Shown here piece after piece: positions 18,058 to 25,932 of a stretch of DNA of 64,000 bases (positions within the stretch are counted from its first letter, which is position 1; each line of letters begins with the position of its first letter). This DNA is from Candidatus Saccharimonadota bacterium (lineage in GTDB: Bacteria > Patescibacteriota > Saccharimonadia > Saccharimonadales > UBA10212), in assembly GCA_022841445.1 (NCBI GenBank), contig JALHRM010000001.1, positions 13,002-77,001 of the forward strand, in the 5' to 3' direction. The position numbers and the translations under genes were made by a program. The notes under the pieces were generated by a model. The model was not told the DNA's origin. It was given only the letters and a program-made list of their open reading frames with translations, and made no database searches.

Positions 18058-19731
18058 TTAAAGTCTCCCATAATCATGCAGGAAGAAGCTTAAATCGTAA
18101 ATATCAACTTTGCCATTACCATTAAAATCTCCGGTTCCTGGCTTGCCCCAACGGCTAAGAATAGTGCTCAAATCAAATATATTCACCTTATTATCATTAT
18201 TGAAGTCGCTGAGCCGTTTGTTGTACACCGTTACATTTATGGTCTGGTTGGTAGTATTGCCATTTATATCCGTTGATTGCGCCATAATTGTATGACCAGT
18301 GTTCGACGCTGCATTGGTGTCCCATGCATATGTGACTGAATCACTATTAGCGCTCGCTACCAAAAGATTATCGATAAATAGTCGTGTAACACTAATGCCG
18401 AACTGGTCAGTTGCACTAGCCGAAATCGTTAATGAGCCGGTAAGGGTGACGCCGTTTGCAGGGTTATTAAATACGACATTCGGAGGCGTTGTGTCCGGCA
18501 AAGTCGAAGTCGCGAGCGTACCAACAGCCGAAACATTGGGGATAGCATCAAGTGCTTCTACGGTGTAAGTGTAGCTGGTGTTGTACGCCAGTCCACTATC
18601 GCTATACATAGTTCCACTGGGTGAAGCGATCAGGACGCCGTCACGGTAAACACGATAACCGGTGGTGGCAACGTCGTCAGTGGAGGCATCCCAGGATAGA
18701 TCAATACTGAATAGTTGGCGGTCGGTGGCCTGGATGTTAGCAGGAACGCTTGGGGCGGTAGTGTCGGGGAGGGTTGAAACGGTAAAAGTGCCCATAATAG
18801 AAACATTGCCAGTTGGATCAACGGCGGCTACGGAGTAGTCATACTCCGTATCGTAGTTAAGTCCTGTGTCGCCGAATGTAGTCCCCGAAGGTGAAGCAAC
18901 GAGAACCCCGTCACGGTAAACGTTGTAGCCACTCACCATGTGATTATCAGTGGAGGCATCCCAGGATAGATCAATACTGAATAGTTGGCGGTCGGTGGCC
19001 TGGATGTTAGCAGGAACGCTTGGGGCGGTAGTGTCGGGGAGGGTTGAAAAAGGAAGGGTAGAAGATGCGGCGGAGGTGTTATTGGCAGCATCTAGCGCTG
19101 TCAAATAGTAGTTGTACGTGGTGTTGGGATTGAGTCCTGTGTCTGTATAACTCGTAGTGATGGGCGATCCCACTAACGCGCCATTACGATACACCCGGTA
19201 TCCAGTCGTACCAACTTGGTCGTACGATGGATCCCAGGTAAGACGAACTGATGTCACTGTCTGCCAGGGCGACTGGATATTCGCTGGGATGCTAGGCGGT
19301 ATCGTATCAGCGATGGTTACAAAACGAAGTGGTGTTGCAGATATTCCACCGACATTATCGTAGGCTATTGCCTGAACATTGTGGCTACCAGCAGAAGCGA
19401 AAGTGGCGTCCCAATTTATAGTGTATGGACTAGCTACATCCGTACCCCTTAAGCCTCCATCAATATAAAACTCAACCCTAGTGATTGGCTCAGCATTAGT
19501 TACATCAGCGCTAAGCGTGACAATACCACTTACCGTGGCACCATCCAATGGACTTGTTAAATCTATCTGAGGAGGAGTTGCCAATACTGTCGGCGCAAAT
19601 ATGAATATGCCCGCTCCGATAGCAAGTTCTGATAAATGAGCTAGAAACGGAATATGCCTCCGAATGCTCGAAGAGATAACCGATAAATGAACCATGCGAT
19701 GTGATAGCGCAAGCCATCTAAACATGAGCAC
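18058..19731 (-). CDS. Secreted Ig-like/4x Fn3 protein with C-terminal type-I dockerin
   Basis: Signal peptide, an Ig-like domain, four Fn3 repeats (..RLTWDPSYD.., ..DLSWDASTD.. x2), and a second Ig-like domain. The C-terminus DFNNDNKVNIFDLSTIL..GDFNGNGKVDIYDLSFFL matches the duplicated Ca-binding dockerin repeat. Confidence 0.7.
   Translation of the reverse strand: MLMFRWLALSHRMVHLSVISSSIRRHIPFLAHLSELAIGAGIFIFAPTVLATPPQIDLTSPLDGATVSGIVTLSADVTNAEPITRVEFYIDGGLRGTDVASPYTINWDATFASAGSHNVQAIAYDNVGGISATPLRFVTIADTIPPSIPANIQSPWQTVTSVRLTWDPSYDQVGTTGYRVYRNGALVGSPITTSYTDTGLNPNTTYNYYLTALDAANNTSAASSTLPFSTLPDTTAPSVPANIQATDRQLFSIDLSWDASTDNHMVSGYNVYRDGVLVASPSGTTFGDTGLNYDTEYDYSVAAVDPTGNVSIMGTFTVSTLPDTTAPSVPANIQATDRQLFSIDLSWDASTDDVATTGYRVYRDGVLIASPSGTMYSDSGLAYNTSYTYTVEALDAIPNVSAVGTLATSTLPDTTPPNVVFNNPANGVTLTGSLTISASATDQFGISVTRLFIDNLLVASANSDSVTYAWDTNAASNTGHTIMAQSTDINGNTTNQTINVTVYNKRLSDFNNDNKVNIFDLSTILSRWGKPGTGDFNGNGKVDIYDLSFFLHDYGRL
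18678..18779. repeat. Intragenic perfect direct repeat, copy 1 (102 bp)
   Basis: Identical to 18948-19049 by direct comparison. The flanking sequence of the two Fn3 units is clearly diverged. Confidence 0.9.
18948..19049. repeat. Intragenic perfect direct repeat, copy 2 (102 bp)
   Basis: Identical to 18678-18779. The offset is 270 bp, which equals 90 codons or one Fn3 unit. Confidence 0.9.
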
Positions 19732-19825
19732 CCGCCTTTGCGACTAAGAATAACATAAGCTTATCCGTTATAACAGGGGTATTTGTACTATTTTTCTGAA
19801 CAAGATTATGCGCTATCATATATGT

Positions 19826-19942
19826 ATGGAAGCAATGTTTAGCGTGGAGGCTTGGACATCACCGATAGGTGTAGGATTTTTCCTTGTCAGTCTTGGACTG
19901 TTCATTTACCTCTTATCAAGAGCCGATAACAAAAAGAAGTAG
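19826..19942 (+). CDS. Possible 38-aa single-TM peptide (MEAMFSVEAWTSPIGVGFFLVSLGLFIYLLSRADNKKK)
   Basis: ATG-initiated small ORF in an otherwise empty intergenic region. It has a hydrophobic core and a basic tail. I found no SD. Confidence 0.25.
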   Translation: MEAMFSVEAWTSPIGVGFFLVSLGLFIYLLSRADNKKK

Positions 19943-19943
19943 T

Positions 19944-19972
19944 TTGACTACTCGTAGTTATTAGTATATATT
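19944..19972 (+). promoter_or_regulatory. Sigma70-like promoter candidate (TTGACT-N17-TATATT)
   Basis: TTGACT at 19944-19949 and TATATT at 19967-19972. Confidence 0.45.
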
Positions 19973-19981
19973 CATAATCAA

Positions 19982-20041
19982 ATGTTTTACTTGGTTATAA
20001 ACACTGAATTTAAGAAGAAGGCGCTTAAAGTTCGGCCGTAG
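19982..20041 (+). promoter_or_regulatory. Candidate leader uORF (19 codons, MFYLVINTEFKKKALKVRP-stop)
   Basis: The ATG lies about 10 nt after the -10 element. The TAG stop (20039-20041) lies inside the 9-nt segment that is complementary to the terminator loop and left arm. Confidence 0.3.
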
Positions 20042-20058
20042 CGCACTTTGTTGATTAC

Positions 20059-20091
20059 AAAAAGTCCCGCGCTACGGTGCGGGACTTTTTT
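20059..20091 (+). terminator. Intrinsic terminator-like hairpin (AAAAA-GTCCCGC-loop-GCGGGAC-TTTTTT)
   Basis: A 7-bp GC-rich stem (20064-20070 pairs with 20079-20085), an 8-nt loop and a 6-T run. It ends 8 nt before ATG 20099. Confidence 0.6.
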
Positions 20092-20098
20092 ATTTAAC

Positions 20099-20875
20099 AT
20101 GGCGAGAAGCAGCATTATGGCATCACACTTACATACACCTCACTCTTTGGAGGCATTACGGGATCATTATCGGCTTTTTTCTTCACCGGGAAATGTTGAG
20201 ACTGTGATACCCGAAATTAGCGCTGCCATAACTGCAGCGATAGAAGCAGGAGCTGCAATATTACCAAAAAGTCCTGATCAACTACGAACACAAATAAGTG
20301 GGGGGCTTGGGGCGGTTATTTTCGCGCGCACTCGAAGTCAAGGTTTAAGTTTTCGTTATTATGTGGGATTAACGCCGTTAATGGAAGGAGGGGATAATAT
20401 TGCGCCTATTTATGAACGAGGTACATTAATTGCTAACCCTGATACGGCTAGGCTTTATGATCCAAGTAGACACAGTGCCTCAGATGCTATTCGACTTGTT
20501 AATAGTTTTGTTACGCCTGAATCACTAATACTGTCGACCGTGCGGTCAAGAGCCAGTTTGAGAGCAGCGCTAGGAGCAGGGATGGTGATAGCTGACCGTC
20601 TTAAAACACCTGCGCTCGATGCATTAACTTGTACAGAGGAGTGCGCGCCAGGTAACAACGACGGCACACCAGTACCTATCAACTTAGCTCCTTTAGACCA
20701 TCCTGAAATTGGACAGTGCTACGCCTGCCCTGTGAGTCAGGCGCATTGCACTGTTAACCTTTCAGATCCTTGCCGCTTGACTGTCAATAGTCTAGAGTCC
20801 GCTCTGGATGTAAACAATAAACTTATGCGGATCTATGGCTCGCCTGTTGAAGTCCGCAAACGATTTGTAGATTAA
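20099..20875 (+). CDS. Hypothetical protein with Cys-rich C-terminal region
   Basis: 258-aa ORF from ATG 20099. The track's TTG 20048 start would read through the terminator hairpin. Six Cys occur within ~50 aa (CTEEC..CYAC..C..C), and no family was recognised. Confidence 0.45.
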   Translation: MARSSIMASHLHTPHSLEALRDHYRLFSSPGNVETVIPEISAAITAAIEAGAAILPKSPDQLRTQISGGLGAVIFARTRSQGLSFRYYVGLTPLMEGGDNIAPIYERGTLIANPDTARLYDPSRHSASDAIRLVNSFVTPESLILSTVRSRASLRAALGAGMVIADRLKTPALDALTCTEECAPGNNDGTPVPINLAPLDHPEIGQCYACPVSQAHCTVNLSDPCRLTVNSLESALDVNNKLMRIYGSPVEVRKRFVD

Positions 20876-21067
20876 TATTAGCTCTACGCCTATTAATTTT
20901 ACTATCGAAGTAAATTCAAACATAAGTTAATTCTCAGCTAGAATTTGCTATAATTAAAGCATCTATAAAATAATATAAAGGAAGTTGCAATAGAATCCAA
21001 CGGACGCTATGATCGTCATGCTTACTATTCCTATAAGCCTGAGGTAACAACGGCACCAGCACAGCCG

Positions 21068-22156
21068 ATGGCTCACCCCGTACCTCGCCCGAGTAGGCGC
21101 CGGAAGGTTATTAAGCGTAGTCTGATAACGCTTTTGATTGTAGCTCTCGTAATCGGCGGATATACCGCTGTCAATGTATTTAACGCTTTTGGAAACATTT
21201 TTAAAGAAAATCCGTTGGGAGCGTTGTTTGCCGAGCCTTTAAAGACTGATCAATACGGACGAAGTAATATTTTGGTATTCGGGACTTCAGAAGATGACCC
21301 CGGTCACCCGGCGAGTGATCTAACGGATTCTGTTATTGCACTTAGCGTAGATCAGAAAAAAAAGAATGCATTTATGTTTAGCGTTCCTCGTGATTTATGG
21401 GTGGACTATGAACGTCGCTGCCCATCCGGCAGTGCCGGGAAAATTAATGTCGTATATTCGTGCGTAAAATCCGAGGGTGAAGATACCGCTCAAGCCGCTC
21501 TTCGCAAATCTGTCGGGGAAGTTTTCGGAATGGATTTTCAGTATAGTGTGCACCTTAATTATACGGCCGTTCGCAGTTCGGTTGATGCCCTCGGCGGTAT
21601 AACCGTTACCATTGAAAGTGTTGACCCACGCGGAGTGCTTGACCGTAATTTTGACTGGCGATGTCGTTATCGCTGTAACCTCGTAAAATACCCGAACGGC
21701 CCTGTCCAGCTTGATGGGCAGCAGGCTCTTTACCTTGCCCAAGCAAGAGGTGAAGGTATCGGCTACGGATTTCCACTCGGCAACTTTGACCGTGAAGCCA
21801 ATCAACGCAAAATAATACTAGCTATGAAGCAAAAGGCCACTAGTATCGGCTTCTTGGCGAACCCATTATCGGTCAATAAACTTCTAAGTTCTCTAGGGAA
21901 CAATGTCCGCACCAACATTACAGGCTCAGAGTTCAAAACATTTACTGGACTCATTAAGGACATTCCGGCTACCAGTATCGAATCAATCAGTATTGTAGAC
22001 CAAAAACCAATGCTACTTAGCACAGGGCGAGGACCAGACGGCTCTAGTATCGTTCGGCCAGTTGCCGGATTGTATGATTATAGTGATTTACAGGCATTTA
22101 TGTTATCGAAACTTAATCCACCACCTCCGCCAAAACCTGCAAGCTCTACGCAGTAA
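21068..22156 (+). CDS. LytR-CpsA-Psr (LCP) family cell-wall glycopolymer transferase
   Basis: N-terminal TM anchor, then NILVFGTSEDD..SDLTDSVIALSVD..FSVPRDLWV, which is characteristic of the LCP domain. Confidence 0.75.
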   Translation: MAHPVPRPSRRRKVIKRSLITLLIVALVIGGYTAVNVFNAFGNIFKENPLGALFAEPLKTDQYGRSNILVFGTSEDDPGHPASDLTDSVIALSVDQKKKNAFMFSVPRDLWVDYERRCPSGSAGKINVVYSCVKSEGEDTAQAALRKSVGEVFGMDFQYSVHLNYTAVRSSVDALGGITVTIESVDPRGVLDRNFDWRCRYRCNLVKYPNGPVQLDGQQALYLAQARGEGIGYGFPLGNFDREANQRKIILAMKQKATSIGFLANPLSVNKLLSSLGNNVRTNITGSEFKTFTGLIKDIPATSIESISIVDQKPMLLSTGRGPDGSSIVRPVAGLYDYSDLQAFMLSKLNPPPPPKPASSTQ

Positions 22157-22173
22157 GTTCGTCTGCTACTATT

Positions 22174-22944
22174 ATGCCAATGAACAAGCAAATCCTAGGT
22201 AACGGGAAAAATGAAATATATCGTGTAAATGACACTGTTTTACGTAAAGGTGGTGTTTGGAGCGAATCGGTTCAGAAAGTCTTAGCCTATTTACATGAAA
22301 ACGGTTTTGCCTACTCCCCTAAACCGCTCGGCGTAGATTCAAATGGATATGAAAAACAAGCTTACTTGCCTGGCGAGTCGATGTTTCATCCCTGGAAAGA
22401 AGTATTGCTCGGCGAAGACGGACTCACCCAAGTGGCGAGAATGCTACGAAATTTACATGATATTACTACTAATCTCGAAATGCCCGAGAATACGATTTGG
22501 CGGACCATGGCTGCACCAAAATCTCGTGGGCAAATCATACGTCACGGTGATCTTGGACCATGGAATACACTTTGGCAAGGCGATAAACTCACCGGGATTA
22601 TTGATTGGGAATTTACCGCACCAGGCAACGCGATCACCGATCTGGCTCAATTAGCTTGGTACTATATACCCCTTCGTGATGAGGCTGGCTGGCGTAAATC
22701 GGGATTCAGGCAAACACCTGATTTCAAACATCGATTGGAAGTTATTTGCGATGTTTACGGCACATTTAACCCCAGCGAGGTCGTTGCTGAACTTGACCGC
22801 CTACAACAGTTTGAGATACTCGAGACAATGACACGTGGAGGCAGTGGCGAAGCACCTTGGAGCAATTGGCTTAGTAGTGGGCAAATTAACGAATTCCGGG
22901 CAGAGAATAAACTGTTAGTAGAAAAAATAGTCCCTTTGTTCTAG
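22174..22944 (+). CDS. Aminoglycoside/choline-kinase-like phosphotransferase (APH family)
   Basis: Catalytic loop IRHGDLGPWNTLW followed by IIDWEF (the Brenner/DxD-type motifs of the APH fold). Confidence 0.65.
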   Translation: MPMNKQILGNGKNEIYRVNDTVLRKGGVWSESVQKVLAYLHENGFAYSPKPLGVDSNGYEKQAYLPGESMFHPWKEVLLGEDGLTQVARMLRNLHDITTNLEMPENTIWRTMAAPKSRGQIIRHGDLGPWNTLWQGDKLTGIIDWEFTAPGNAITDLAQLAWYYIPLRDEAGWRKSGFRQTPDFKHRLEVICDVYGTFNPSEVVAELDRLQQFEILETMTRGGSGEAPWSNWLSSGQINEFRAENKLLVEKIVPLF

Positions 22945-22972
22945 TTATCGATGCTAGATCTTTATGAGCACT

Positions 22973-25297
22973 TCAGCTTTTCGGAATGGTTACTGAAAAG
23001 GTGGCACCATCGCCTGATTTTGATTTTACGGTAATCACTCCTCCGTGCAAATCAACGATACGTTTTGCCCAGTACAAGCCTAGACCGGTACCCCCAACGC
23101 TTACCGATAAGGGGTTATTGAGTCTGGAGAATTTTTGAAACAAATCTTTTTGTTGGCGTGGGCTGATTCCAACGCCCTGGTCTATTACCGACACACGGAT
23201 GCGCTCTCCAGCATCCTCTAAGTTCACTGTTACAAAACTGTTCTCGTATGAATATTTCCCGCTGTTGTCTATGATATTTTCAAGTACCATACGTAAAAGA
23301 TACGCGTCAACACTAGCTTTAATCGGTGCACTAGGCATGGTAAGTACAATTTTCTGCTTTCGTGCTTTAAAAGTTTCTTGCTGCTCGTCGACAACGCTTT
23401 TTAGCAGGCTGCTTAGGTTGGTGCTTGATTTACTTAGGTTCACTTTTCCGGCGTCAACTTGTGCCACTTTAAGCAAATCATCAATAATGGTCAGTTGCCT
23501 ATCATTACTCTCGTACGCAACCTGGAGTAGTTTTTTTTGACGTTTTGTTGATCGACCAGCATAACCTTCGAGTAACATGCCGATGTACTGTTTAACCCCC
23601 GTCGCAGGCGTTCTGAGTTGATGAGATGATAGTGAAACAAATTCATCTTTGGCTTTGTTTAACGCAACCAGTTCCCGGCGTTCTTTTTGAAGAAGTGCCG
23701 CACGCTTTTCGATTTCGCGTTTTCGCTTAAGCTCGTGTATATCAACACTTGAACCGACATATCCGAGAAATTTTTTGCCTGGAGAAAATCGCGGCACTCC
23801 ATTTACTAGTACCCACCGATATTCACCATCAAATCGTCGCATGCGGTATTCCATACTAAATGACACGCGCTCCTCAAACGCTTCGCTAAAAAGATTCAGT
23901 GAATTATATTTATCATCATCATGAATGCCTTCTAACCACCCAAATCCCTGGTCTTGTCGCAATGTCCGACCCCGAAATTCGCGCCAGGTTTTGTTCACAT
24001 ATGTGCAGTGTTTCTTATCATCAGTCTGCCAAATAAGCACCGGCGTATTGTCAGCAAGATAATGGAAGCGTTGTTCGCTCTCCTTGAGTTCATCTTCACG
24101 ACGTTTACGAAATGTGATGTCCCTAAAGTGCCATGCCCAACCATAATAAGTACCATCAGAGCCATTGACCGGCATCCCAAAACGCTCAAACACACGACCA
24201 TCCTTGAAGGCGACTTCTTCATGACTAACTTCGTTGGGGTGTGCATACAAATAATTTACCCGATCAATAAATTCCTTGGGGTGTTTCAACTGCTCCATGG
24301 CATGTTCCAGCGCAGCAGTGTCATCGCTGGCTTTCATTATGGAACGGGGTATTTTCCACATCTTAGCAAACCGTCTATTATACGAAAGCATTTTGCCCCT
24401 AGCATCGACAATCAAAATACCATCTGGGGTTGCTTCGTTCTGCGCCTCTAGTAATGCGGTGCGGTACATCAAATTTTCTTCGGCCTGTTTGCGCACGGTT
24501 ATATCTGCATTAATACCCACCATTCGTATCGGCCTATTGGTTGTTTGGTCGTAGTATAAATCTCCCATCCCTGCCATCCAGCGCATTCTTCCATCAGGTA
24601 AAATTATTCGAAATTCTTCGTTGTAAGATGATCCACCACCAAGGGCTTCCTTGATTCCGCGCTTTACGCGCGATAAATCATCGGGGTGCAGAAACTTCAA
24701 CCAGTCTTCGTGAGTACCACTAAAACCTCCTTGCTCCAATCCATACAACTCCTCGAGTTCTTTTGTCCAAACTGTTCTATCTTCGTCTATGAACCACTCA
24801 AAGGTACCTATCTTGCCGGCCTGCAGTGCCAAGTTTAGCTTTTGCCCGAAATTTTCAGCTTGTTTTCGAACATTTTCGCGGTCGATTTCAACCTGTTTTT
24901 GTTTGGTTAGGTCACGGATTATTTTGCTGTAACCAATATGCTTCTTTGCATTATATAAAGGGTAGATGATGCCACCCGCCCAAAATGTAGTGCCGTCTTT
25001 TCGCATTTGTGTACGTTCACACATTGATCGTCCGGTGTTTTTTGCCTCGGTAAGTTCACGTTTAATCTGAGCGGTGGCGCCCACCTTATCAGCCATCAGT
25101 AGAGCCAAGTTTTTTCCCAACACATCCTTTTCGTAGTACCCAAGCATGCGCTTGATCCCACGGTTCCAGCTCGTAATATTGCCGTTCAGGTCTACTGTAA
25201 ATACTGCATAGTCAACTAAATTTTCAAGCACTGTTTTATAAAAGTCATTGTCTACGGCAATAGAATTTTTTGTAGTCGGCATACTCGTACTCAGCAA
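22973..25297 (-). CDS. Multi-PAS sensor histidine kinase
   Basis: About four PAS/PAC units, H-box SLSSHQLRTPATGV, and HATPase G-boxes DQGVGI and GGTGLGLYWAKRIVDLHGG. ATG 25282 is an alternative start. Confidence 0.85.
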   Translation of the reverse strand: MLSTSMPTTKNSIAVDNDFYKTVLENLVDYAVFTVDLNGNITSWNRGIKRMLGYYEKDVLGKNLALLMADKVGATAQIKRELTEAKNTGRSMCERTQMRKDGTTFWAGGIIYPLYNAKKHIGYSKIIRDLTKQKQVEIDRENVRKQAENFGQKLNLALQAGKIGTFEWFIDEDRTVWTKELEELYGLEQGGFSGTHEDWLKFLHPDDLSRVKRGIKEALGGGSSYNEEFRIILPDGRMRWMAGMGDLYYDQTTNRPIRMVGINADITVRKQAEENLMYRTALLEAQNEATPDGILIVDARGKMLSYNRRFAKMWKIPRSIMKASDDTAALEHAMEQLKHPKEFIDRVNYLYAHPNEVSHEEVAFKDGRVFERFGMPVNGSDGTYYGWAWHFRDITFRKRREDELKESEQRFHYLADNTPVLIWQTDDKKHCTYVNKTWREFRGRTLRQDQGFGWLEGIHDDDKYNSLNLFSEAFEERVSFSMEYRMRRFDGEYRWVLVNGVPRFSPGKKFLGYVGSSVDIHELKRKREIEKRAALLQKERRELVALNKAKDEFVSLSSHQLRTPATGVKQYIGMLLEGYAGRSTKRQKKLLQVAYESNDRQLTIIDDLLKVAQVDAGKVNLSKSSTNLSSLLKSVVDEQQETFKARKQKIVLTMPSAPIKASVDAYLLRMVLENIIDNSGKYSYENSFVTVNLEDAGERIRVSVIDQGVGISPRQQKDLFQKFSRLNNPLSVSVGGTGLGLYWAKRIVDLHGGVITVKSKSGDGATFSVTIPKS

Positions 25298-25373
25298 CTC
25301 CTTACCTTTATTATAAACTCCTCTGTTGCTATAACTGCAGTACTGCTAAAAATCCATTGCATAGTAAGATAGT

Positions 25374-25895
25374 TTGGTGTTGAGTAAATCAAACCTAAGA
25401 CAGATTCTAAAGACCGAGCGACTCAGGCTCAGCAATGACCAATTAGCTTCAATAAGTAGAATAATTTGCGATAAAGCCTACCAATCTATTGACTGGCAGA
25501 ATGTCACTACTGTGCATCACTACATGGCGATTTCAAGGAGCAATGAAGTTGATTGTGAAAGCCTACTAGACAAAATTCGCCGTAATCACCCGCATATTTT
25601 GACGATGACATGGTTGGATAATAAAAATTTTTCCATACGCGCATCGGGTCTAGATAACAGCTCCGAATTGCGGGATAGTATGCTTTTTGATGTCATCATT
25701 GTTCCGATGCTCGGATTTAACAATGACCGACACCGACTTGGTTACGGTGGTGGATTTTACGATCAATTTCTAGCAACACAGCCACAAGCAAAAAAAATTG
25801 GACTATGCTTTAGTGCTGGAAATACTGAGAAACTGCCGGTAGAAGAGCACGATATAGCACTTGATATGATCATTACGGAAGATCAAATCTTGTAA
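25374..25895 (+). CDS. 5-formyltetrahydrofolate cyclo-ligase
   Basis: The IVPMLGFNNDRHRLGYGGGFYDQFL motif is typical of MTHFS. TTG start; 173 aa. Confidence 0.75.
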   Translation: MVLSKSNLRQILKTERLRLSNDQLASISRIICDKAYQSIDWQNVTTVHHYMAISRSNEVDCESLLDKIRRNHPHILTMTWLDNKNFSIRASGLDNSSELRDSMLFDVIIVPMLGFNNDRHRLGYGGGFYDQFLATQPQAKKIGLCFSAGNTEKLPVEEHDIALDMIITEDQIL

Positions 25896-25932
25896 ACCTA
25901 CGCGGAAATAAAGTCTTGGGTGAGTTCTGGTC

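Noticed and set aside
18678-19049. Two identical 102-bp repeats 270 bp apart, which could superficially suggest a repeat-spacer array
   Set aside because: There are only two copies. They are far longer than CRISPR repeats, lie in frame inside a long ORF, and encode the boundary of Fn3 domains. No cas genes are present.
20048-20098. TTG start at 20048 for the Cys-rich orphan
   Set aside because: It would translate straight through a GC-rich terminator hairpin and its T-run. ATG 20099 immediately after the hairpin is more plausible, although neither start has a clear SD.
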